This document shows positions 27,243 to 36,333 of a stretch of DNA of 64,000 bases, one piece after another. The stretch spans positions 256,001 to 320,000 of the forward strand of contig JAZURI010000002.1 in assembly GCA_045606105.1 (NCBI GenBank), in the 5' to 3' direction. How positions within the stretch are numbered: position 1 is the stretch's first letter; each line of letters starts with the position of its first letter. Position numbers and translations under genes: made by a program. The notes beneath the pieces are model-generated. The model saw nothing but the letters and a program-made list of their open reading frames with translations. It was not told where the DNA came from and searched no databases. This DNA is from Spirochaetia bacterium (GTDB taxonomy: Bacteria; Spirochaetota; Spirochaetia; CADAEX01).

Positions 27243-28955
27243 TCAGATGCTGGAGAACTCAAAGCGATTGGTCCAGCTTTTTCCCGGACTTATAAGATCG
27301 GGACAACATACGGCATAGACAAGGGTGGCAACATATTTTCCGTCGGAGCTGAAGATATTCCGGTAAACGAAGCAGCAGCTTTTTTCAGATCTGATCCTGA
27401 TAGTCTTTTTTCTGTCACTGAACCTGATTTCCCGGTCTGTGATTACCGGCTCCGGTTTTTCGCTGTAATCTGTTATATTCAATGAAAAGTTAAAGCTGGT
27501 GGCAAAGCAGTTATCCATATCGATACCGCCTACATTGACCACCTCGTAGACCACCTCGATGAAATCATCATGGAAAAAATATGTCTTGTTCAGCTTTGTG
27601 GCAAAGCTTGGATTTTTTCTTCGGCAGGAAAGGGCTACCTTTTTCTTTTCCCTGTCATGACAGTCCACATCAAAGAGAGTATCCTCCATGGATTCCTGAA
27701 TATCCTCTTCCAGGGCGGCAGAGTCTCCAATGAAGCAGTTTCCCTTGAGGAAATAATCAATGAAAAGAGAGGTCCTTTCATTGGCCTTCACATGGCTGAC
27801 ATAATTCCAGGCCGGCTGGATATTATCATATTCGAAAACAGAGGCTCCCGTTCTCCTGAGATAGGCATTGTACTTAAACCCATGATACAGGTACTGGTCA
27901 AAGCCCTCAAGCCTGTAGTCGGTCTTTATAAGTGACGGACAGAAAACACCCTCTGTACGGGTCAGCTTTTCAGCCTCTATAAAGCTACTGTATGCAAGAC
28001 CGGTGGCAGGATGGGAAAAGAATGAGAAATACCCCTGCCCTTCCCACAGATGCTCCTGAGCCGATTTTTTCTTGTACTTGTCTCCCCTGATCTGGTTGAT
28101 GAGGGTCTGAACATAGGTCATCTTGGAATAGAGATTTGCCCCCTCCCTTGAATCCAGGAGATGTCTTTTTATCATGTTCCTGCACTGAAGGTATTCCTTG
28201 CAGATATCATACTCAGACCTGTTATATCTGGACGGGATGATGACATTGATTTTTCTGTTGGTGGAAATCTGATGGAAAAATTCCTTTACCCACGGAAACC
28301 CGATTCTGGAAAGCGATTCCCTGTTAAAAAATATGGAAACCACAGGATCGTTTCCCTTTACCTGCAGTATTTTCTGACAAAGCTCTGCCGGAGTCATTTC
28401 CGGAGCCTTATCAAGCATTCTGTCGGCAAGGGGAAAAACAGTAATTGTCTTGCCCTGATCCTCGGTGATGGAAACATGATATTCCGGCACCTTCTGGATG
28501 CTGGCCTCAATAAGATCTGACTTGTCTATAAACAGGTATTCGATATCCAGGTGCCTGAGACTGCTGACTACAGAGCTGTCCCAATGCCCCTCCTCAATCC
28601 TGCAGCCACGGGGTCTTTTTCCGAATTTCTGTCTGATTACCGTATTGAGTGCATCAATCTGCCCTATTCTGTCCTGAGGATGGATAAGGGAGAGACAAGG
28701 CTCGTAATAACCGCCGCTGATAAACTCAAACTGCTTTCTTTTTTTCTGCATTTCCAGAATAAAAACAGATATTTCGGGATGATTTTCATCAAACCAACTG
28801 TACCAGCGTCCTGAGAAATTGATTACAAAAGGGATATCGGGAAATTCATACAGAATTTCAAGAAAAGGAAGATAAACTGAAGAAAAATCAGAATCAAAAG
28901 AATTGCCGGAAAACGGCATAGGCGATTTTCCGGACAATCCCAATATAAGCTTCAA
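27243..28955 (-). CDS. GH57-like (alpha-amylase/4-alpha-glucanotransferase) protein, degenerate motifs
   Basis: YLPFLE, GGYYEP.L..I...DR.GQI, FGKRPRG; C-terminal beta-sandwich; HxHQP and DGE motifs absent. Confidence 0.75.
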   Translation of the reverse strand: MKLILGLSGKSPMPFSGNSFDSDFSSVYLPFLEILYEFPDIPFVINFSGRWYSWFDENHPEISVFILEMQKKRKQFEFISGGYYEPCLSLIHPQDRIGQIDALNTVIRQKFGKRPRGCRIEEGHWDSSVVSSLRHLDIEYLFIDKSDLIEASIQKVPEYHVSITEDQGKTITVFPLADRMLDKAPEMTPAELCQKILQVKGNDPVVSIFFNRESLSRIGFPWVKEFFHQISTNRKINVIIPSRYNRSEYDICKEYLQCRNMIKRHLLDSREGANLYSKMTYVQTLINQIRGDKYKKKSAQEHLWEGQGYFSFFSHPATGLAYSSFIEAEKLTRTEGVFCPSLIKTDYRLEGFDQYLYHGFKYNAYLRRTGASVFEYDNIQPAWNYVSHVKANERTSLFIDYFLKGNCFIGDSAALEEDIQESMEDTLFDVDCHDREKKKVALSCRRKNPSFATKLNKTYFFHDDFIEVVYEVVNVGGIDMDNCFATSFNFSLNITDYSEKPEPVITDREIRFSDRKKTIRIRSEKSCCFVYRNIFSSDGKYVATLVYAVCCPDLISPGKSWTNRFEFSSI

Positions 28956-28974
28956 TCAAATACCCTGATAGAGA

Positions 28975-29787
28975 TTATTTTGAAGACTTTGTAAGTTCAA
29001 CAATACATTTTGAAGGACATGCTTCACAAGCTGCCTGTCTGTCACCTGTCTTGGTGTAGTCAATGGAAGCAAGGAACTTGTCAACAACAAATCCACCTTC
29101 TGGAGATTTCTTTTCACACATCTTACAGCCGATACAGCCCACTTTACAAGCCTTCTTTACAGCTGCACCCTTGTCATGTGAGTTACATGCAACGATGTGG
29201 GATGCGGAATAAGGAATCATCTTCATTACCTTTGTAGGACAAACCTTTACACAGTTGCCGCAGGAGATACACTTATCCTTGTCAACAACCATTACACCGT
29301 TTTCACCCTTGGTAATAGCATCTGCAGGACAAACCTTTGCACAGCTTCCCAGACCGAGACATCCGTATTTACATACCTTGTATCCCTGGAACATGGCAAA
29401 AGCGGCATTACAGTCTGTAAGACCCTGATAGTTCATTGCTACTGTTGCATTGTCTGTTCCGCCCTGGCAATGTACATGAGCAACCATTTTCTCTGCATTG
29501 AGGTCGATGGCTACACCCATTACCTCGGCAATCTTTGATGCAGAACCAATACCGCCCGGACCGCACTTGTTTACTTCTGTAACGCTTCCGTTGAAGATTG
29601 CTTCAGCATAACCGGAACAACCCGCAAAACCACAGGCACCGCAGTTATAACCAGGCAGAGCTGCCTCGATTGCACAAAGTTTTTCGTTTTTCTTTACTGA
29701 AAGATATTTTGATGCCACCGCAAGTCCGATACCGAAAACCAGACCCATTACTGTAACGATGACACAAGCTGATATAATACCTGACAT
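28975..29787 (-). CDS. rnfB: Rnf complex subunit B (polyferredoxin)
   Basis: LPGYNCGACGFAGC plus several CxxCxxCxxxCP motifs; N-terminal TM. Confidence 0.95.
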   Translation of the reverse strand: MSGIISACVIVTVMGLVFGIGLAVASKYLSVKKNEKLCAIEAALPGYNCGACGFAGCSGYAEAIFNGSVTEVNKCGPGGIGSASKIAEVMGVAIDLNAEKMVAHVHCQGGTDNATVAMNYQGLTDCNAAFAMFQGYKVCKYGCLGLGSCAKVCPADAITKGENGVMVVDKDKCISCGNCVKVCPTKVMKMIPYSASHIVACNSHDKGAAVKKACKVGCIGCKMCEKKSPEGGFVVDKFLASIDYTKTGDRQAACEACPSKCIVELTKSSK

Positions 29788-29798
29788 ATAATCCCCGC

Positions 29799-30389
29799 TT
29801 ATCCTAAAAGATTTTTGATCAATGCTTTGTCAAAAGCCATGAATGCCAATGCCATAAGACCTGCAGTGATGAATGCAATAGGCACACCCTTGAAGAACTT
29901 AGGAACTTCGATGTCCTCAAGTCTTTCTCTGATAGCTGACATAAGAACGATTACCAGGAGGAAACCGAGACCTGCTGCCAGACCTGCAACAAAGCTTTCA
30001 AGTGCATTGTAGTTGCTTCTTACTGCAATAATGGCAATACCGAGTACAGCACAGTTGGTTGTGATAAGTGGAAGGAAGATACCCAGAGACTTGTAAAGTG
30101 ATGGGGAAACCTTCTGTACCAGCATTTCTACAAACTGAACAAGAGCAGCAATTACAAGGATGAATGTAATTGTCTGGAGATATGTCAGTCCGAAAGGAAC
30201 CAGGAAGAATGTCTGCACACACCATGTTACCAGGGAAGCGATTGTTGTTACGAATGTAACTGCGAATCCCATACCAACGGCAGATTCAATGTTCTTTGAA
30301 ACACCGATAAAAGGACACATACCCATGAACTGGGTCATGATCAGGTTACTTATGAAGATATAAGTAATAAGTATAGTAATATAAGTCAT
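29799..30389 (-). CDS. rnfA: Rnf complex subunit A
   Basis: GMCPFIGVS, LGIFLPLITTNCAVLG. Confidence 0.95.
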   Translation of the reverse strand: MTYITILITYIFISNLIMTQFMGMCPFIGVSKNIESAVGMGFAVTFVTTIASLVTWCVQTFFLVPFGLTYLQTITFILVIAALVQFVEMLVQKVSPSLYKSLGIFLPLITTNCAVLGIAIIAVRSNYNALESFVAGLAAGLGFLLVIVLMSAIRERLEDIEVPKFFKGVPIAFITAGLMALAFMAFDKALIKNLLG

Positions 30390-30404
30390 AATCCTACCAA
30401 CTCC

Positions 30405-31001
30405 TTATTTTCTTGATGTGTACCAGTTGAAGAAAGCCTTCAGGTAACCGAGAACAAAAAGTGCTCCGGCTGCAAAACCGATAACTCTGGCAGGTGCAAG
30501 TGCAATACCTGGAACTGTGATTACACAACCCGGAAGAGTGATTGTTCCCGCACCGAGAACCTCTCTTACAAGTGCGATAAGGAGGAGACCCAGTGTAAAA
30601 CCGATTCCCATTCCGAGAGCATCAAGAATTGAAGGAAGAACCTTGTTCTTGTTTGCAAATGCTTCCGCACGTCCGAGGATAACACAGTTTACTACGATAA
30701 GAGGTACGAATACACCGAGAGCTCCGTAAAGAGCAGGTGCATAAGCCTGCATCATCATTTCAACTACTGTTACGAAAGATGCAATTATGACAATATAAGC
30801 CGGAATTCTGACTGTGTCAGGAATAAAGTTCTTCAGGAGTGAAACAATGATGTTTGAACAAACCAGTACGAAAATTACTCCGGCACCCATACCCAGGGCA
30901 TTGATAACCATTGTAGATGTACCCAGAGCAGGACAGAGTCCCAGGGCAATTATAAAAATTGGGTTTTCCTTGAAAATACCCTTTGTAAATTCCTTGATCA
31001 C
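30405..31001 (-). CDS. rnfE: Rnf complex subunit E
   Basis: LGLCPAL, VRIP, PLIVVNCVILGRAEAFA. Confidence 0.95.
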   Translation of the reverse strand: MIKEFTKGIFKENPIFIIALGLCPALGTSTMVINALGMGAGVIFVLVCSNIIVSLLKNFIPDTVRIPAYIVIIASFVTVVEMMMQAYAPALYGALGVFVPLIVVNCVILGRAEAFANKNKVLPSILDALGMGIGFTLGLLLIALVREVLGAGTITLPGCVITVPGIALAPARVIGFAAGALFVLGYLKAFFNWYTSRK

Positions 31002-31558
31002 TTCTGACCTCCCAATTTCTTGACATATTCGCTTCCGTTTTCAAGGGCCTTACCGATTCCTACGAATGTGATTGTTGCACCACCGATGATATCTGCATCA
31101 GCCTGCTGAAGCATGCCTTTCTTTGTAGGAATAGGAGATTTTGCTCCGAATCCCTTGTATTTTTCCATATACCAGTCTTCTTCGGCTCTTTTTCCGAGAC
31201 CAGGAGTTTCTGTATTGTCCATAAGCTTGGCATCAATAAGCTCTCCGTCTGTCTTGAAGTTGGCAAGGATAATCATGTTACCTGCATAACCTTCACCGTT
31301 CAGTGAAAGAATGTAGTTTGCAACCTTTCCGTTGTCTGTTACAGGATGGTAATAGTTAACCAGTCCGTCGTTTACAGCAACCTGATCACCGATTGTTCCG
31401 GCCTTGTTGATAACTGCAAGGGCGTTGAGCACGGCCTGTCTCTTGGATTCCTGAATCTTTGGATATGTAATGTTGTTTACGAGAGCAAGTGATGCTGCCG
31501 CAAAGAGACAGATTACACAAAGCTTTACACCGATAATGATAATCTGTTTTTTACTCAT
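30998..31558 (-). CDS. rnfG: Rnf complex subunit G (FMN-binding)
   Basis: GYAG, ETPGLG and GAT(I)T flavinylation motif. Confidence 0.93.
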   Translation of the reverse strand: MSKKQIIIIGVKLCVICLFAAASLALVNNITYPKIQESKRQAVLNALAVINKAGTIGDQVAVNDGLVNYYHPVTDNGKVANYILSLNGEGYAGNMIILANFKTDGELIDAKLMDNTETPGLGKRAEEDWYMEKYKGFGAKSPIPTKKGMLQQADADIIGGATITFVGIGKALENGSEYVKKLGGQK

Positions 31559-32601
31559 TTCTTTGCCCCCTTCTTAACAGGTTCTACTCCGAAAACCTTT
31601 GTCTTGCTGTATTTGTCGATAAGAGGAACAGCGATGTTCATGAGAACGATTGCAAGGGAAACACCTTCCGGGAATGATCCGTAGAATCTGATGAGGAATG
31701 TAAGGAAACCGCATCCGATACCGAAAATGATCTGACCCTTTGTTGAAAGAGGAGATGTTACCATATCTGTAGCCATGAAGATGGCACCGAGCATGAGACC
31801 GCCTGCGAAGAGGTGGAATGCAATGTCACCTGTGAAAAGGCTTCCTGTGAACTTGAGTCCGCCGAAGATCCATACGAGGATTGCGAAGGAACCGATATAT
31901 GCAACAGGAATTTCCCATGTGATAACCTTTCTGTAAAGGAGGTAGATACCGCCGAGAATAAGGAGAAGTGCAGAAACCTCACCGATACATCCTGAAACAT
32001 TTCCGATAAAAAGATCGAAGTATCCGTTCATCGGGTAGCCTTCCTTGGCCATGAATTCAATAGGACCGCTGATTGTACCGCTGAACTCCATCATTCCTGT
32101 CTTTACGAATCCAAGAGGAGAAGCTCCTCCGAGGGCATCAACACCAGGCTGTGTGCAAGGTGCGCTCCATTTTGTCATTGCACCTGTCCATGAGAAGAAT
32201 ACGAAGAGTCTTCCGCCGAGAGCAGGGTTCATCCAGTTGCAGCCGAGTCCGCCGAAGGACCATTTGACAACGATGATGGCAAAAAGTGAAGCCAGGAAAG
32301 GAACAAAGAGAGGAACTGCAGGAGGCATGTTGTAACCTACAAGCAGACCGGTAAGCACTGCAGAGTAGTCTGCCAGTGTAAATCTCTTGAAAACCTTGTT
32401 CATGAGGTACTCGCCGAGAACTGCACCGATAACGGAAACAGCGAGTACGAGTAAAGCTTTTACTCCGAATACGAAAACGCCCCAGATTCCGGCAGGAACA
32501 AGCGCGATGATAACATCAAGCATGATTCTTGCTGTTGAATCAGGATGGTGAAGATGCGGAGAACTTTCAATGATAAATTTATTTTCAGTGTTCATTTTCA
32601 T
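31555..32601 (-). CDS. rnfD: Rnf complex subunit D
   Basis: SSPH, FGGLG.N..NPAL, GASPL FMN site, FMATD; ATGA overlap with rnfC. Confidence 0.95.
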   Translation of the reverse strand: MKMNTENKFIIESSPHLHHPDSTARIMLDVIIALVPAGIWGVFVFGVKALLVLAVSVIGAVLGEYLMNKVFKRFTLADYSAVLTGLLVGYNMPPAVPLFVPFLASLFAIIVVKWSFGGLGCNWMNPALGGRLFVFFSWTGAMTKWSAPCTQPGVDALGGASPLGFVKTGMMEFSGTISGPIEFMAKEGYPMNGYFDLFIGNVSGCIGEVSALLLILGGIYLLYRKVITWEIPVAYIGSFAILVWIFGGLKFTGSLFTGDIAFHLFAGGLMLGAIFMATDMVTSPLSTKGQIIFGIGCGFLTFLIRFYGSFPEGVSLAIVLMNIAVPLIDKYSKTKVFGVEPVKKGAKK

Positions 32602-33929
32602 CCCTTCTTTGGTGGTTTTGGTGCCATTCTCTTTCCGAGTCTGAAGCCCTGAACAAGAGGAATGTTTGCAGGACATACATAGCTGCAGCATCCGCATTCC
32701 TTACAGTCCATCAGATTGAGATTGAGAGCATCGGCATATTTACCGGATTCAATTTTCTTGAACATCTTTGTAGGCTGAAGTCCGATAGGACATGCCTTTA
32801 TACATCTTCCGCACATGAGACATGCTGTTCTCTGGCTCTTCTTGGCTTCCTTTGCTGTAAGCACGAGAATTCCTGATGTACCCTTGATTACAGGTGTATC
32901 GTAATCGCAGAATGTGAAGCCCATCATAGGTCCGCCCATGATCAGCTTTACTGCATCTTCCTTGATTCCGCCGGCCTGTTCGAGAAGATCTCCTACCTTT
33001 GTACCTACTCTTACGAGGAAGTTGGCAGGATTGTTTACTGCACCGCCTGTTACGGTAACCACTCTTTCGTAGAGAGGCTTGCCGAGAGCAACTGCATCAT
33101 ATACAGCCTTTACTGTTCCGATATTTGATACAACGGCACCGATGGCGATAGGAAGCTTTCCTGAAGGAATCTCCTTTCCGAGAACTGCCTTGAGAAGCTG
33201 CTTTTCATCACCCTGCGGATATTTCATCTGGAGAGGAACAATTTCGATGTCTCCGCCGTTCTTTGCGGAATATTCTTCCATTTTTTCAATGGCATCCGGT
33301 TTGTTCTCTTCGATTCCCACATAGATCTTAGGGGCATTGATTGCCTTTGCAATGATTCTGAGACCTTCGAAGATCTCTGCTGTCTGCTCAAGCATTACCC
33401 TGTGGTCTGCTGTAAGGTAAGGTTCACACTCTACTGCGTTGATAACCAGAGCTTCAACCTTGGCATCAGGCGGAACCATGTATTTCACGTTGGTAGGGAA
33501 TGTAGCTCCACCGAGACCTACGATACCTGCCTCCGCAACCTTGTCAATGATTTCCTTGGAAGAAAGCTGCTGCCAGTCTGATTTCTCATAGACAACCTCG
33601 CCCTCTTTGAAATCCCCAGAGGTTTCAATAACAACTGCTTTAACCTTCATTCCGCTTGCCAGATAGATGTCCTTGATTTCCTTGACAACACCCGGTACAG
33701 AACAGTAAATGTTCGCGGAAATAAAACCTGCAGCCTTTCCGATAAGCATACCTTCCTTGACTTCGTCACCCACATTGACTAAACATTCTGCGGGAGCGCC
33801 GATATGCTGGGACATAGGGATAATCAGAGTACTCTTGACTTCTGCCCTGCGGATAGCTACCTTGTTGGATAACTCCTTATAATCCCTCGGATGGACACCG
33901 CCTTTTGAAAAAGTTTTTTTCTCTTTCAT
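32598..33929 (-). CDS. rnfC: Rnf complex subunit C
   Basis: GGVHP, QHIGAP, GLGGATFPT, ECEPYLTAD, two 4Fe-4S motifs. Confidence 0.96.
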   Translation of the reverse strand: MKEKKTFSKGGVHPRDYKELSNKVAIRRAEVKSTLIIPMSQHIGAPAECLVNVGDEVKEGMLIGKAAGFISANIYCSVPGVVKEIKDIYLASGMKVKAVVIETSGDFKEGEVVYEKSDWQQLSSKEIIDKVAEAGIVGLGGATFPTNVKYMVPPDAKVEALVINAVECEPYLTADHRVMLEQTAEIFEGLRIIAKAINAPKIYVGIEENKPDAIEKMEEYSAKNGGDIEIVPLQMKYPQGDEKQLLKAVLGKEIPSGKLPIAIGAVVSNIGTVKAVYDAVALGKPLYERVVTVTGGAVNNPANFLVRVGTKVGDLLEQAGGIKEDAVKLIMGGPMMGFTFCDYDTPVIKGTSGILVLTAKEAKKSQRTACLMCGRCIKACPIGLQPTKMFKKIESGKYADALNLNLMDCKECGCCSYVCPANIPLVQGFRLGKRMAPKPPKKG

Positions 33930-33968
33930 GCCGATTACCGTTTTCTCCTGTTTTTAGAAGTAATTTTA

Positions 33969-34027
33969 TATTTTCCCGACAAGCACCCTACTTTCTGAAA
34001 AAAGCATGGAACCGAGGGACAAAAATA
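33969..34027 (-). promoter_or_regulatory. Structured rnfC leader, candidate Na+ (DUF1646-type) riboswitch
   Basis: Minus strand P1 (TTTT-G-TCCC/GGGAAAA), internal loop TCGGTT/GTGCTTGTC, P2 CCATGCTTTT-ttca-GAAAGTAGG; lies just downstream of the predicted TSS. Confidence 0.5.
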
Positions 34028-34046
34028 AAATTTTTAGTTTGCCTCT

Positions 34047-34075
34047 ATAATATATTCAAACGGAAAAACTGTAAA
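34047..34075 (-). promoter_or_regulatory. Sigma70-type promoter of the rnf operon
   Basis: Minus strand TTTACA-17 nt-TATTAT. Confidence 0.6.
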
Positions 34076-34118
34076 CAGGTTTAGTAGGTAAATTGTAAAA
34101 AAGATATGCAAAGATATA

Positions 34119-34595
34119 TTACAGGTTACAGAATGCCACGGCAAGGAAAAATCCCAGAACCATACCCATGATAGCCTCGGTAAGGGTGTGCCCCTTGACC
34201 TCCTTTACAGGCCTGTACTTGATCTTCAGCCTGCTGCTGAGTTCTCCTCCCAGATGATTCAGTGCCCTGGCCTGGATTCCTGCAGCTCTCCTGACACCCA
34301 CCGCATCCCTGACCGTAAGAAGCCCGTAGCATGCCATGGCAATGAACAGGGAGGAGCTGAAGCCTTCGGTATATCCTATGGCTACGGCAATGGAGGTAAC
34401 AAGAGCTGAATGGCTGGAAGGCATTCCGCCGGTAGCCCATATGAATATGTGGAAATAATATAAAGGACTGTGCCGCTTGCCGTCAAAGAAGGCTATTACA
34501 ACCTTCAGGAACTGGGCAAGAAACCAGCTGGAAACACCGGCCCAGAAAACGGGATTGCTGTATATGTCGAAACTGAACAGGTTGCCTGGTCTCAT
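34119..34595 (-). CDS. Divergent PAP2 family protein (DUF212)
   Basis: GGMPSSHSA, DAVGVRRAAG.QA, GHT. Confidence 0.92.
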   Translation of the reverse strand: MRPGNLFSFDIYSNPVFWAGVSSWFLAQFLKVVIAFFDGKRHSPLYYFHIFIWATGGMPSSHSALVTSIAVAIGYTEGFSSSLFIAMACYGLLTVRDAVGVRRAAGIQARALNHLGGELSSRLKIKYRPVKEVKGHTLTEAIMGMVLGFFLAVAFCNL

Positions 34596-34672
34596 ATTTG
34601 TCCTTCTGCCGGCAGATTATACAATAGAAAATAAATTGAGACAATCGACAAAAAGTATGATATGATATTTTC

Positions 34673-35326
34673 ATGAGAAAATCGGTAAGGCTTTACAGGA
34701 TATCAGCTTTCACTCTGGCCGTTGCAGGTATCATATTCAACATGGCGGCATATCCCCATTATGCAGAGCTTTTTTCATATTTTACCCTGCAGAGCAATGT
34801 ACTCTGTACGGTAATGCTGGGGCATGCCATGCTCCGCTCTTTCGGGCGGAACCGGGTAGCCGGAACAGGAGAGGTATTTTTCAGGGGGCTGTGTACGGTC
34901 TGCATCACACTGACCTTCCTGGTATACCACTTTGCCCTCAGGCCGGAAAACCTGACACCTGCCACCCTTTTTGACAACATGACCAACATATCCACCCTTT
35001 TTGCCCATTATATAGTCCCGGCCGCCGTGATAACGGATTATCTTCTCTTCTTTCCGAAGAAGAGGTTCCGGATGTACTATCCGCCGCTGTGGCTTGTTTA
35101 TCCCGTGGTCTACCTGTGCTATGTATTCCTCTACTCTGCGGCGGGCGGCACCTTTGCCATCGACGGAAAGATATCGCCGGTTCCCTATTTTTTCCTGGAC
35201 AGTGCGGTGGTGGGAGCATCGGGAGTGGTCCTCTGGATATGCCTTATGGCGGCAGGCTTCACCCTCCTTTCCTATTTATTCGTCCTTGCGGACCGTTTCA
35301 TGCCGTATAATAAATATAATATATAA
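34673..35326 (+). CDS. Pr6Pr/FAR-17a-like integral membrane protein
   Basis: YFTLQSN, H.IVP, YP..Y and PYFFLD motifs; multiple TMs. Confidence 0.8.
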   Translation: MRKSVRLYRISAFTLAVAGIIFNMAAYPHYAELFSYFTLQSNVLCTVMLGHAMLRSFGRNRVAGTGEVFFRGLCTVCITLTFLVYHFALRPENLTPATLFDNMTNISTLFAHYIVPAAVITDYLLFFPKKRFRMYYPPLWLVYPVVYLCYVFLYSAAGGTFAIDGKISPVPYFFLDSAVVGASGVVLWICLMAAGFTLLSYLFVLADRFMPYNKYNI

Positions 35327-35332
35327 TATTAT

Positions 35333-35361
35333 TTGACCATTTTTTTGGTTTGTGGTATAAT
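35333..35361 (+). promoter_or_regulatory. Sigma70 promoter (extended -10) for the TPR-greA operon
   Basis: TTGACC-17 nt-TATAAT with TG at the extended -10 position. Confidence 0.7.
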
Positions 35362-35388
35362 AGGAATTTATAGAAGTGGATTAAAAAA

Positions 35389-36333
35389 TTGGAAAGTTCC
35401 TCGGATATTCTTTACAGAAATGCTGCCGGTTGTCTGAGCCTGGGAGATTTTGCCGGAGCAAGGAAGATATACACAGACATGCTTTCTGATGACCTGTTCA
35501 ACCGGGACATCAGGGCGGCCATTGTATACAGCAGCTTCTGGGAAAGAAGGAAACTGAAATACGATACCGTATCCGGCCACATTGCCAAGGGAAAATTTCT
35601 GATATCCCAATGGAAAAGCTTTGTCATATTCACCAGGAAATGGGGCAGAGGCAGGGGTGAGTATATAATTACCCGGATCAGGCAGCGTATTTTCAATGAA
35701 GCGCTTTACAGCTTCACGAGAGCAAAGAACGAGGTCATGGTTGCAGACGGAGATATATTGTTCTGTATCGGAATATGTCACAAGTGGCTGGGAAACCACA
35801 GGGATGCCCTGACCAATCTGGAAAATGCCAATTACAAGAAGCAGAACGATGCCTCAATACTGGCAGAGCTGGCAGACTGTATGGCAGTCATGGGAGAGGA
35901 ACGGAAATCCAGGCTCCTTTTCAGGGAGGCTTTTTTCCTGAATCCACAGATGGTGGATATAGATTTCCTGGAATCGGAAATCATCAGGGAGCTGGCAGAC
36001 AGGATCCGGAATGACGGATATTCCGAAAGGGCTCTCAGGGAATGGATTCCTGTATATGGTACAGGCTGCGGTTATTTCAATGAAAAAAGGGAGCTGCGTC
36101 CCCTTGAGTTTGATAACCTGAGAAGAGATCTGATGAATCTTGAAAGCAGGCTCAGCAGAAACGACAGCGAAAGAGAGCTTGTCATACCGAGACTCATAAA
36201 CAGGTACCTGTGGCTGATAGATTATTATAAATCCAGGAAAAACAGGACCGGAACAGAGGAAACCTACAGGAAAATAAGGGATCTTAATCCTGATTTTTAT
36301 GCAATTTTTACAAACAATGGAGAAAATATATGA
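35389..36333 (+). CDS. TPR-containing protein upstream of greA
   Basis: Helical TPR-like repeats (LAELADC..GE...LFREAFFLNP); ATGA overlap with greA. Confidence 0.8.
   Translation: MESSSDILYRNAAGCLSLGDFAGARKIYTDMLSDDLFNRDIRAAIVYSSFWERRKLKYDTVSGHIAKGKFLISQWKSFVIFTRKWGRGRGEYIITRIRQRIFNEALYSFTRAKNEVMVADGDILFCIGICHKWLGNHRDALTNLENANYKKQNDASILAELADCMAVMGEERKSRLLFREAFFLNPQMVDIDFLESEIIRELADRIRNDGYSERALREWIPVYGTGCGYFNEKRELRPLEFDNLRRDLMNLESRLSRNDSERELVIPRLINRYLWLIDYYKSRKNRTGTEETYRKIRDLNPDFYAIFTNNGENI

Noticed and set aside
35306-35332. TATAATAAATATAATATATAATATTAT low-complexity run
   Set aside because: Short AT-rich stretch at a gene end, upstream of a promoter; likely a UP element rather than a repeat system.
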